Positions 25,907 to 34,707 of a stretch of DNA of 37,971 nucleotides are shown here, in pieces. The number at the start of each line of letters is the position of its first letter. Position 1 is the stretch's first letter. The translations under genes were made by a program, and so were the position numbers. Origin of the DNA: a bacterium (GTDB lineage Bacteria; Acidobacteriota; Blastocatellia; HR10); assembly GCA_041640655.1 (NCBI GenBank), contig JBEPZV010000023.1, forward strand, positions 1 to 37,971, in the 5' to 3' direction. Below the pieces are notes generated by a model. It saw only the letters and a program-made list of their open reading frames with translations. It made no database searches and was not told where the DNA came from.

Positions 25907-28900
25907 TCACGGGCGGCGTCCGTTCACGAGTCGGATCTCGCACGATCCGAGCTGTCGCTCGATCTCGGCGAGCGCCTCCGACGAGGGGGCGATCTTCACG
26001 AAGGGATTCGGTCGAATCCGCACGAGCATGCCCCCGGCGCATTCGACCTCGAAGAGGACATCGGCCGACCCCCGATGACGATCGAGGACGGCGTAGAGGA
26101 GATCAACCTTCGCCGGAGTCACCGCCTCAGATCGAACGCGAATGATCACCAGCTTCGTCATGCGCTCCTTCAGCTCTTCCAACGTCGTGATCTCTTCGGC
26201 GATCAACGTGACCGCGCTCTCTTCTAGTTCGAGCCTTCCGCGCACGACCACGAGGGCATCGTTTCGAAGCAATCCATTCGCTCTGGTGAACGCCTCAGGC
26301 CAGACGAGGACTTTGAGGGAACCGTACTGATCTTCCAGGGTGAAGATCGCGAAGCGATCGCCGCGCTTCGTCGTCTTGACCGAGAGCGCCGTGACGATGC
26401 CGGCGATCGTGATGATCCGACCGGCCAGTGCCTGCAGGCGCCAGACGCGCTCCGCGGCCGAAGCCGGAGAGAGCCGCGCGCTCTCGGCTTCCAATCCCTC
26501 CTCCGGCTCCAGATCCGCGAGATCACCGGTTGGGGCCTCCTCCTTGGAGGTCACGGCGCCGAGAAGTTGTTCGGTCGTCGTATCCGTGTAGCGGGTGATC
26601 TCCGGGGCATATCTCTCCAGGGGATGGCCAGTCACATAAAAGCCCAGGGTCTCCTTCTCCCCAGCGAGGCGTTCTTCCAGAGGCCATTCGGGGACGTCAG
26701 GGAGAGGGGGCTCAAGGTCCGAGGCCGTGGCCTGAGGGGAGGAGGCGAAGAGGCCGAACTGCCCGATCTCCCGCTCGCGTCCCCGCCGGGCGCCGTACTC
26801 CAACGCGAGATCAATGGCCGCGAAGAGCTGGCTGCGGCGCGCGCCCAGTGAGTCGAACGCTCCCGCCTTGATCAAGCTCTCCAGAACGCGCTTGTTCAAC
26901 ACGCGCGGATCCACGCGCGCGGCGAAGTCAAAGAGCGAGCGGAACGGTCCGCCCGCCTCGCGCGCGGCGATAATCGCCTGCACGGTCGTCATCCCCAGCC
27001 CTTTGATCGCCGCGAGCCCGAATCGAATCTTCCCGCCAAGCGGCGTGAAGCCCTCCCGGCTCAGGTTCACATCGGGTGGGAGGATCTCAATACCTTGGGC
27101 TCGCGCCCGGTTGATGTATTTCACGACCTTGTCCGTGTTGTTCAACTCGTTGGAGAGGACGGCGGCATAGAAGTAGGTGGGATAGTGCGCCTTCAGATAG
27201 GCCGTCTGATAGGCGAGGTAGCTGTAGGCGACGGCATGCGATTTATTGAAGGCGTAATCGGCGAAGCCCTCCAGTTGCTGCCACAGCCTCTCCAGTTTCG
27301 CGCGATCGTGTCCGCGCGCCATCGCGCGCTGCAGGAACGCTTCGCGGTGCCGATCCAGCTCCTCGCGCTTCTTCTTCCCCATCGCGCGCCGGATCAGATC
27401 CGCCTCCCCGAGTGAATATCCCGCGAGCTTCTGGAAGAGCGCCATGACTTGCTCCTGATAGATCGGGATGCCGTAGGTGCTCTCCAGCACCTCGCGCGCT
27501 TCGGGGAAGTCATAGGTGACGCGTCGTCGCCCCTGCCGGCGCGCGATGAACTCCTCGACCAGGCCGCTATCGAGCGGTCCCGGGCGGTAGAGCGCGTTCA
27601 GCGCGACCAGGTCCTCGAACCGCTCCGGCTTGAGCCGCCGGCACAGCTCGCGAATCCCCTCGCCCTCGAATTGGAAGATCGCATCCGTCTCCCCCTCGGC
27701 GAAGAGCTCCAGCGTCTTCTTGTCGTCAAGGGGGATCTGCGAGAGATCGAGCCGCTGCCTCTCGGCCGCCTCGATCATCTTCAAGCAGTCATCAATGATC
27801 GTGAGCGTCGTCAGGGCCAGGAAGTCCATCTTCAGCATGCCCGTCTTCTCCAGGTCCGCGAGCGCGAATTGCGTGGTGATTTCGCCCTTGGGCGTCTTAT
27901 AGACGGGGATGAGGTCATGCAGGGGGCGAGGGGAGATCACAATGCCCGCGGCATGGATCGAGGCGTGGCGGGCGCATCCCTCTAATCGGCGGGCCAGATC
28001 CATCAACTCGCGGACCTGAGGATTCTTCTCGATGAGCTGCCGCAGCTCAGGCGTGCGAGCGAGGGCCTCCTCGATGCTCACGTTCCGGCCCCGAACCGGT
28101 GGGGGGATGAGCGCGGCGACCTTCTCCACCTCGGCGTATTTCATGTCGAGCGCGCGCCCGACGTCTTTGATGACAGCGCGCGAGGCGAGCGTCCCGAAGG
28201 TGATGATCTGGCAGACGTTCTCCCGCCCATAGAGCTGACTCACATAGGCGATCACTTCCTGTCGCCCGCGCATGCAGAAATCGATGTCAATGTCGGGCAT
28301 CGTGACGCGCGCTGGTGAGAGGAACCGCTCAAAGAGCAGATCGTATTGAATCGGGTCCACATCCGTGATGCGCAGGCAATAGGCGACCAGGCTCCCAGCT
28401 GCGCTCCCCCGTCCCGGACCGACGGGGATCCCCCGTTGCCGCGCATACCGAACCAAATCCCACACGATCAGGAAATATCCCGCGAAGCCCATCTGCTTGA
28501 TCGTCTCGATCTCATACTCCAGACGCTGCTCGTACACCGAGAGCGGATACTTCAACTCACCGCGCGCGGCTCTCTCCTCCCACTGACGCCGGCGTTCGGC
28601 GAAGCCATCGCGCACGACCTTCTCGAAATAGCTCTCGGTGGTGAAGCCCTCGGGCACGGGAAAGATCGGCAGATAGCCGACACCCGGTGGCTTGGGCAGT
28701 TCCAGGTGGCAGCGTTCGGCAATGCGCACCGTATTCTGCAGCGCCTCCGGCAGTTCGGTGCCGAAGAGCTGCCACATCTCCTCGGCCGATTTCACATAGA
28801 GCTGATCGGACTGATAATGAAGCCGATTGGTGTCCTTGATCGTCTTCCCCGTCCCGATGCAGAGCAGCACGTCGTGAGCGCGGAAGTCCTCGCGCGTCAG

Positions 28901-29536
28901 GTAGTGACAGTCGTTGGTGACGACCAGCGGAATGCCCGTCCGTCGCGAGATCTCGCAGAGGGCGCGCGCCGCCTCGCGCTGGCCTGGAATCCCGTGATCC
29001 TGAATCTCCAAGTAGTAGTTCCCCTTGCCGAGGATGTCCTGAAACTCGGCGGCCTGACGCGTGGCCTCTTCGAGCTTCCCCTGAAGCGCGAGCGCGGTCG
29101 GAACGCCCGACAGGCACGAGGAGAGCGCGATGAGGCCCTCACGATACGTGGCCAGCAGCTCTTTATCAATGCGGGGCTTGTAGTGAAAGCCCTCCAGATA
29201 GGCGAACGAGCTGAGTTTGACGAGGTTCCGATACCCCGTCTCGTTCTGCGCGAGCAGGACGATGTGGTAGATCGTCTTGCCCGCCTCCTGACCCGCCGGT
29301 CGTTCCCGGCGATCGCCGAGCGTCAGATACGCTTCCATGCCGATGATCGGCGTGATCCCGACCTCCTTCATCGCGTGATAGAACGAGATGGCGCCGAAGA
29401 GATTCCCATGATCGGTCACGGCCACGGCGGGCATCCGCAGCGCTTCCAAGCGACGCGCGAGCGCTCCGATTTGAATCGCCCCATCGAGCAAGCTGTAATC
29501 CGTGTGCAGGTGCAGGTGAACGAACTCCTTCGCCAT
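25907..29536 (-). CDS. dnaE: DNA polymerase III alpha subunit
   Basis: FVHLHLHTDYSLLDG, GPGRGSAAGS, MPDIDIDF, KMDFL, YAFNKSHA, C-terminal OB fold. Start set at ATG 29536. No intein seen. Confidence 0.97.
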   Translation of the reverse strand: MAKEFVHLHLHTDYSLLDGAIQIGALARRLEALRMPAVAVTDHGNLFGAISFYHAMKEVGITPIIGMEAYLTLGDRRERPAGQEAGKTIYHIVLLAQNETGYRNLVKLSSFAYLEGFHYKPRIDKELLATYREGLIALSSCLSGVPTALALQGKLEEATRQAAEFQDILGKGNYYLEIQDHGIPGQREAARALCEISRRTGIPLVVTNDCHYLTREDFRAHDVLLCIGTGKTIKDTNRLHYQSDQLYVKSAEEMWQLFGTELPEALQNTVRIAERCHLELPKPPGVGYLPIFPVPEGFTTESYFEKVVRDGFAERRRQWEERAARGELKYPLSVYEQRLEYEIETIKQMGFAGYFLIVWDLVRYARQRGIPVGPGRGSAAGSLVAYCLRITDVDPIQYDLLFERFLSPARVTMPDIDIDFCMRGRQEVIAYVSQLYGRENVCQIITFGTLASRAVIKDVGRALDMKYAEVEKVAALIPPPVRGRNVSIEEALARTPELRQLIEKNPQVRELMDLARRLEGCARHASIHAAGIVISPRPLHDLIPVYKTPKGEITTQFALADLEKTGMLKMDFLALTTLTIIDDCLKMIEAAERQRLDLSQIPLDDKKTLELFAEGETDAIFQFEGEGIRELCRRLKPERFEDLVALNALYRPGPLDSGLVEEFIARRQGRRRVTYDFPEAREVLESTYGIPIYQEQVMALFQKLAGYSLGEADLIRRAMGKKKREELDRHREAFLQRAMARGHDRAKLERLWQQLEGFADYAFNKSHAVAYSYLAYQTAYLKAHYPTYFYAAVLSNELNNTDKVVKYINRARAQGIEILPPDVNLSREGFTPLGGKIRFGLAAIKGLGMTTVQAIIAAREAGGPFRSLFDFAARVDPRVLNKRVLESLIKAGAFDSLGARRSQLFAAIDLALEYGARRGREREIGQFGLFASSPQATASDLEPPLPDVPEWPLEERLAGEKETLGFYVTGHPLERYAPEITRYTDTTTEQLLGAVTSKEEAPTGDLADLEPEEGLEAESARLSPASAAERVWRLQALAGRIITIAGIVTALSVKTTKRGDRFAIFTLEDQYGSLKVLVWPEAFTRANGLLRNDALVVVRGRLELEESAVTLIAEEITTLEELKERMTKLVIIRVRSEAVTPAKVDLLYAVLDRHRGSADVLFEVECAGGMLVRIRPNPFVKIAPSSEALAEIERQLGSCEIRLVNGRRP

Positions 29537-29651
29537 CGCCCTGCTCCCCCAAGTTGATGTGCACGACGGGGTCAACTATATCAAAATCTTGTGGTCGGCT
29601 GTCAAGGCGAGTCTGATCCTCCGCCCGCCCCGCCGAATCCGGGAGGGGCGC

Positions 29652-29680
29652 TTGTCCGCCCTCGGTCCCTGCGCTAAGAT
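29652..29680 (+). promoter_or_regulatory. Sigma70-type promoter for the P-II gene
   Basis: TTGTCC-17 nt-TAAGAT. Confidence 0.5.
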
Positions 29681-29734
29681 GAACTGCTCAGGAGTGGGAG
29701 CGGCAGACTCCCCGAAGGCAGCGAGGGAGAGAGC

Positions 29735-30073
29735 ATGAAGCACATCATCGCGTTCATTCAACCCCAGCAGTTGGAGAAGGTCCTGGAAGCGCTGGATCGT
29801 CTCCCGGTGCGCGGGCTCTCGCTCTGCGAGGTTCGGGGGTTCGGTCGCGGGCGCGCCCAGCTTTTGCGCGAGAGCCCCTCGGCCTCCGTCCGTCAGTTCA
29901 GCGCGAAGGTGCGACTGGAGATCATCTGTCGCGATGATGAGGCGGAAGGGATCGCCCGAACGATCCAGCAAGCCGCCCACACGGGGCGCCCCGGCGATGG
30001 GAAGATCTTCATCGCTCCCGTCGAGCGCGCCATCAGCATCGTGACGGGAGAGGAGGACGACGCCGCCGTGTGA
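29735..30073 (+). CDS. P-II family signal transduction protein (non-canonical)
   Basis: MKHIIAFIQP, EVRGFGR, KVRLEI, HTGRPGDGKIFI. 112 aa. Confidence 0.9.
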   Translation: MKHIIAFIQPQQLEKVLEALDRLPVRGLSLCEVRGFGRGRAQLLRESPSASVRQFSAKVRLEIICRDDEAEGIARTIQQAAHTGRPGDGKIFIAPVERAISIVTGEEDDAAV

Positions 30074-30111
30074 GCGCGCGGCGATCCGCCCAGGTCGCCG
30101 CTGGGAGCCTC

Positions 30112-30894
30112 CTATCGGCCCCCGAATTGCGCGGGACGCTTCTCCAGGAACGCTCGCGTCCCTTCGCGGAAGTCCTCCGTCGCCGCGCAGAGCCCGAAGA
30201 GCGTCGCCTCCAGAAGGAGCGCTTCCTCAAGCGGCATCTCCAGCCCGGCCGTGACGGCCTCCAGACAAAATCGAACGGCCAGCGGCGCATTGCTCAGGAT
30301 CTGGCGCGCGATCTTCTCGGCCGTGGGGATCAGTTCCTCCCGGCTCGTGACGCGGTTCACCAAACCGAGCCGGTACGCCTCTTCGGCCGAGATCATCTCG
30401 CCCGTCAGCAGCAGTTCCAACGCCCGCCCTCTCCCGATCAAGCGGGCCAGGCGTTGTGTCCCTCCATAGCCTGGGATGAGTCCGAGCTTCACTTCCGGCT
30501 GCCCCAATCGCGCGTTCTCCGAAGCGATTCGGATCGTGCAGGCCAAGGCCAGCTCGCAACCACCTCCCAGCGCGTAGCCGTTGATGGCCGCGATCACTGG
30601 CTTCCCCAAGCGCTCGATGAAGGAGAGCAGTTGCTGCCCGAAACGCGCCATCTCTCGTCCCTGCAGCGGTGTCTGCTCGGCCAGCTCCGCAATGTCCGCT
30701 CCCGCGACGAAGGCCTTGTCCCCCGCTCCGGTCAGAATGACGACCCCCACCTCATCATCATGAGCGATCTCATGAAAGACCGACCACAATTCGCGCACCG
30801 TCGCGGCGTTCAAGGCGTTCAGCTTCTCCGGCCGATTGATCGTGATAAAGCCGATGCGATCGCGCTTCTCGTACAGGAGATATTGATATGTCAT
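30112..30894 (-). CDS. crt: Enoyl-CoA hydratase (crotonase)
   Basis: INRPEKLNALN, AFVAGADI, INGYALGGGCELALAC, GQPEVKLGLIPGYGGTQRL. Start ATG 30894. Confidence 0.9.
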   Translation of the reverse strand: MTYQYLLYEKRDRIGFITINRPEKLNALNAATVRELWSVFHEIAHDDEVGVVILTGAGDKAFVAGADIAELAEQTPLQGREMARFGQQLLSFIERLGKPVIAAINGYALGGGCELALACTIRIASENARLGQPEVKLGLIPGYGGTQRLARLIGRGRALELLLTGEMISAEEAYRLGLVNRVTSREELIPTAEKIARQILSNAPLAVRFCLEAVTAGLEMPLEEALLLEATLFGLCAATEDFREGTRAFLEKRPAQFGGR

Positions 30895-30970
30895 AAGGCC
30901 CTCCCTCTCTTCAGTCGCAAGAAGACGATCGCTCCGCTCCCCTTCTGTGAGGAGCGAGGCCACCGCGCGG

Positions 30971-31861
30971 TCATCGCAGCTTCATCGGCTTCGGATTCTT
31001 CGGATCCGAGTAGTCATAGAACCCCCGCCCCGTCTTTCGCCCATGCCATCCGGCCAGGACCATCTGCTTCAGCAGCGGCGGCGGCGCGAAGCGCGGGTCT
31101 TTGTACTCCTCGTACATGATGGTCGCGATGTAGTAGGTCGTATCCAAGCCGACGAAGTCCAGAAGCGTGAACGGGCCCATGGGATGATTGCATCCGAGCT
31201 TCATCGTCGCATCTATGTCCTCGATGGAGCCGACGCCCTCTTCAAGAGCGCGCACGGCATCAATGAGATACGGAACCAGAAGCCGATTGGCGATGAACCC
31301 CACGCGATCCTTCGCGCGCACGGGCGTCTTCCCCAGACTCTGCGCGAACTCCGTGGCCCGGACGACGATCTCCTCATCAGTGAAGAGCGAGGGGATGACC
31401 TCCACGAGCCGCATCAACGGAACGGGGTTGAAGAAGTGCAAGCCCAAGAAGCGCCGCTGCCGCTCGGGCGGCAAGACGGTCGCCATCTCGGTGATCGAGA
31501 TCGAGGAGGTGTTGCTCGCCAGGATCGTCTCCGGTTTGCAGATCTTGTCGAGTCGCGCGAACAGGTCCTTCTTCGCCTGAATGTTCTCGATGATCGCCTC
31601 GATGACGAGGTCGCAGTCGGCGTAATCCTCCAGATGCAGGGTCCGCTTCAGCCGCGCGAGCGTCTCCCGCTTCTGCTCAGCGGTGATCGTCCCCTTCTCG
31701 ACGAATTTCGAGAGCGAGTCTTCAATGCGCGCGAATCCCTTCTGCAAGATCTCCTCCGAGACGTCGGAGACGAGGGTCTCATAGCCGGACATGGCGGCCA
31801 CCTGGGCGATCCCCGAGCCCATGAGGCCGCACCCGACAACTCCCACTTTTCGAATCGTCAT
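30971..31861 (-). CDS. hbd: 3-hydroxybutyryl-CoA / 3-hydroxyacyl-CoA dehydrogenase
   Basis: GVVGCGLMGSGIA, EAIIEN, ASNTSS, GLHFFNPVP, GFIANR, HPMGP. Start ATG 31861 after AAGGAGG. Confidence 0.92.
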   Translation of the reverse strand: MTIRKVGVVGCGLMGSGIAQVAAMSGYETLVSDVSEEILQKGFARIEDSLSKFVEKGTITAEQKRETLARLKRTLHLEDYADCDLVIEAIIENIQAKKDLFARLDKICKPETILASNTSSISITEMATVLPPERQRRFLGLHFFNPVPLMRLVEVIPSLFTDEEIVVRATEFAQSLGKTPVRAKDRVGFIANRLLVPYLIDAVRALEEGVGSIEDIDATMKLGCNHPMGPFTLLDFVGLDTTYYIATIMYEEYKDPRFAPPPLLKQMVLAGWHGRKTGRGFYDYSDPKNPKPMKLR

Positions 31862-31962
31862 AGTCGTACCCTCCTTCACGCAGGAATTCTTCAGAGAGGC
31901 GGGCTCAACGATCCCGATCGGTTCGCGACCGATCGAGAGGTCTCCGCCCCCCGACTTTCCCA

Positions 31963-33285
31963 TCAGAAAGGCGAAAGCCGACGGACGCGAAATCCCGGCG
32001 GCAGCGGAGAAGAAGTCGGCGGGCAAACCTCCACCCGATACTGCGCTCCACTGAGGAGGCGAAGCCGATACCATCCATTCTCATCCGTTTCCGTGGAGGC
32101 GGAAAAGGTCGCATTTGGTGTGCTCGTGAGCGTATCCGTAAAAGCCGTGACGGAAGCCCGGGCGACCGGTTGGCCGTGCTCATCCGTGATCCGCCCGGAG
32201 AGAACGACAAAGGGCGGAAGCGTCGGCATCGTGAAATCCTGTCTGGCATCCGCCATGAGCGAGCGCTGGAGGAAAGGGAAGATGAGCGCGCCATCGGTAT
32301 CAAGCTCCACGACCGCATTCAGCCAGTACGTCCCGGGAAGAAGCCACAGGCGATACGCACCCGTCGTGCTCTCTCTCGGGATGAGAGCCTCGGCGAAGGT
32401 GATCCGCAGAGGGGTGAGGCTGCGCCCTGCGCAGGGTGGGGGGTCATCCGATGGATGATTCGCCATATCAGCCGCCGCGATGGCCAATACTGTTGAGGGG
32501 GCGGCCGGTCTCCCCGAAGCCTGCAGCACCCTCCCGGAAAGCTCAATGGCTCTTGGAAGCGTGAAGTCGCGAGTGCCCGAAGCATTAAGATTGATCTCCT
32601 CAAGGCGAAAGACCGAGCTGTATTCCTCCGCGTCGCCGACCGAGGCCATGACCACATAGGTGCCGGGCACCAGCTTCGCGCGGTAGCTTCTGTCAAATGG
32701 CACTTGAGCGAAGACGCTTCCGTCCAGAGAGTGAAACATGAGGAGACCCTTCGTCGGAAATCTCCCAGCGCTCGTGATTCGACCCGAGAGCATGATGGTC
32801 CTCGGTGGCCCCGGAGGAGAGATGTCCAGCGAGCGATCTCCGGAGATCTCGATCGTGCGGTCGAGGTCTGAGATGACGGTGAGCACGGCTCCTTCATCGT
32901 CTTCGAGATCGAAGACCTGCTGCTGAAAGTACAGCCGGTAGCTTCCGGCTGGCAACACGATGCGATACGACGCCGTCAACCCGCCGGCGGAGACGCTGGG
33001 TATCACCCATCCGGTGAAGGTCAGATCGCCAGAGCGCGCGACCACGGCGCTCCCGATAACCGCCATGAGATCATTGGTCACGATCCGGCCGGAGAGAACG
33101 TATCCGCGAGGCAGCACGGCATCGAGCGTCGTGTCGCGTGTGACGTCCACATCAGTTCGGCGAACCCCCAGAAGTGGGCGCTGGTCCTGGGCGTCAGCCC
33201 ACGCGGCCGATGAGAGGATCATCAGGCTCGCGAGCACATATCTCCGGATTCCTCGCGCGCCTTTTGAACAGGTGGGGTTCGGCAT
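31963..33285 (-). CDS. Secreted protein of about four carboxypeptidase-regulatory-like (transthyretin-like beta-sandwich) repeats
   Basis: Signal peptide (RRYVLASLMILSSAAWA), AAGGAG RBS. Repeats begin VLSGRIV, MLSGRIT, ELSGRVL, VLSGRIT and contain YR..L..G.Y. Confidence 0.75.
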   Translation of the reverse strand: MPNPTCSKGARGIRRYVLASLMILSSAAWADAQDQRPLLGVRRTDVDVTRDTTLDAVLPRGYVLSGRIVTNDLMAVIGSAVVARSGDLTFTGWVIPSVSAGGLTASYRIVLPAGSYRLYFQQQVFDLEDDEGAVLTVISDLDRTIEISGDRSLDISPPGPPRTIMLSGRITSAGRFPTKGLLMFHSLDGSVFAQVPFDRSYRAKLVPGTYVVMASVGDAEEYSSVFRLEEINLNASGTRDFTLPRAIELSGRVLQASGRPAAPSTVLAIAAADMANHPSDDPPPCAGRSLTPLRITFAEALIPRESTTGAYRLWLLPGTYWLNAVVELDTDGALIFPFLQRSLMADARQDFTMPTLPPFVVLSGRITDEHGQPVARASVTAFTDTLTSTPNATFSASTETDENGWYRLRLLSGAQYRVEVCPPTSSPLPPGFRVRRLSPF

Positions 33286-33309
33286 GAGTGGTCTCCTTTA
33301 TCAAGAGCT

Positions 33310-34491
33310 TCAGGCGAATGCTTCGACGATGAGCGCGATGCCTTGTCCTCCGCCGATGCAGGCGCTGGCCAGACCGTACCGCTTCCGACGCCGGCGCAAT
33401 TCCAGAAGGAGCGTCAGCACGAGCCGTGTGCCCGTCGCTCCCAGGGGATGACCGAGAGCGATCGCTCCACCGTTGACGTTCGTCCGCTCGCGATCGAGCG
33501 CGAGCGCTCTCTCCACGGCGAGATATTGGGCCGCGAAGGCTTCGTTGATCTCGATGAGATCCATATCCTCGAGCGTGAGTCCCGCCCGTTTCAACGCCTG
33601 CTGCGAGGCCGGAACCGGACCGATGCCCATAACGGCCGGATCCACCCCCGCGATCCCCCAGGAGACGATGCGCCCCAGAGGGGTCACCGCGCGCGAGCGC
33701 AGCGCATGCTCGTCTCCCAGGACAACGGCTGCCGCGCCGTCCACGATCCCCGACGCGTTGCCCGCCGTCACGCACCCCTCCGGAGAGAAGACCGGTTTCA
33801 AGCGGGCGAGGGCTTCCAGCGTCGTGTCCGGGCGAATGTGATCATCGAAGTCGAAGAGCTCGACGCCCTCTTTGGTCTTCACCTCAACGGGGACGATCTC
33901 CTCCTTGAATCTCCCCGCCTGGCGCGCTGCCGCCGCTCGCTGTTGACTGAGGAGGGCGAAGGCGTCCTGCTCCTCGCGCGAGATCCGCATCTGTCGGGCC
34001 AGGTTCTCGGCCGTCTGCGCCATCATGTATCCGCAGAAGCTATCATAGAGAGAGGCCCAGAGGTAGTCCTCCAACTGCGCATGGCCGAGCCGCAAGCCCC
34101 ATCGCCCGCCGCGCACGACGTATGGGACCTGGGACATGGATTCCATGCCCCCCGCCAGGACCAAGCGGGCTTCTCCCAGCAGGATCAAGTGCGCGCCGCT
34201 GATGATCGCCTGCATGCCCGAGCCGCACAGCCGATTGACCGTTAGAGCCGGACGATCTACGGGCACGCCCGCCTTCAAGCCGACGTGTCGCGCCCCGTAG
34301 ATGGCATTGCTCGATGACTGGATGACATTGCCGAAGATGACGTGATCAATCTCCTCCGGCGCGACCCCGGATCGCTCCAGAGCCGCGCGTGCCGCGATCG
34401 CTCCCAGCTCGATCTCGGTGAAGTCCCGAAGCCGCCCCCCATACTCCCCCATGGGCGTCCGAGCCCCACCCAAGATGAAGACGTCTCTCAT
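33310..34491 (-). CDS. Acetyl-CoA C-acyltransferase (thiolase)
   Basis: NRLCGSG, TAGNASG, EINEAFAAQ, NGGAIALGHPLGATG, CIGGGQG. Start ATG 34491, 9 nt after GGAGGA. Confidence 0.95.
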   Translation of the reverse strand: MRDVFILGGARTPMGEYGGRLRDFTEIELGAIAARAALERSGVAPEEIDHVIFGNVIQSSSNAIYGARHVGLKAGVPVDRPALTVNRLCGSGMQAIISGAHLILLGEARLVLAGGMESMSQVPYVVRGGRWGLRLGHAQLEDYLWASLYDSFCGYMMAQTAENLARQMRISREEQDAFALLSQQRAAAARQAGRFKEEIVPVEVKTKEGVELFDFDDHIRPDTTLEALARLKPVFSPEGCVTAGNASGIVDGAAAVVLGDEHALRSRAVTPLGRIVSWGIAGVDPAVMGIGPVPASQQALKRAGLTLEDMDLIEINEAFAAQYLAVERALALDRERTNVNGGAIALGHPLGATGTRLVLTLLLELRRRRKRYGLASACIGGGQGIALIVEAFA

Positions 34492-34523
34492 CCTCAGCAC
34501 TCCTCCCCATCAAAGCGGTTGCT

Positions 34524-34552
34524 AAGCTAGCAGATGCCCGGAGGACTGTCAA
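34524..34552 (-). promoter_or_regulatory. Sigma70-type promoter for the thiolase operon
   Basis: TTGACA-17 nt-TAGCTT on the minus strand. Confidence 0.6.
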
Positions 34553-34628
34553 TCGCCTCTCCTGGTCCGCTGACTCACGGAGGGAGTCGGCGAGATCGTT
34601 CACCCCGGCGGCGCCGGAAAAAAGGGGA

Positions 34629-34657
34629 TTGACACGTGAGGGGACCTGGGCTATACT
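34629..34657 (+). promoter_or_regulatory. Near-consensus sigma70 promoter for the TonB receptor
   Basis: TTGACA-17 nt-TATACT. Confidence 0.8.
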
Positions 34658-34668
34658 CTCGCCTTCGG

Positions 34669-34689
34669 AATTGAAAATGGTTTTCGATT
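34669..34689. promoter_or_regulatory. Fur-family operator box
   Basis: AT-rich imperfect inverted repeat AATTGAAAAT-G-GTTTTCGATT just downstream of the promoter and upstream of an iron-type TonB receptor. Confidence 0.7.
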
Positions 34690-34707
34690 TCTGAAAGAGG
34701 GGAGCGT

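Noticed and set aside
25907..29536. Intein in dnaE
   Set aside because: Length is normal, and there are no splice-junction or homing endonuclease motifs.
29684..29721. Alternative hairpins in the P-II leader (riboswitch idea)
   Set aside because: Short stems are expected by chance at this GC content, and I recognise no aptamer motif.
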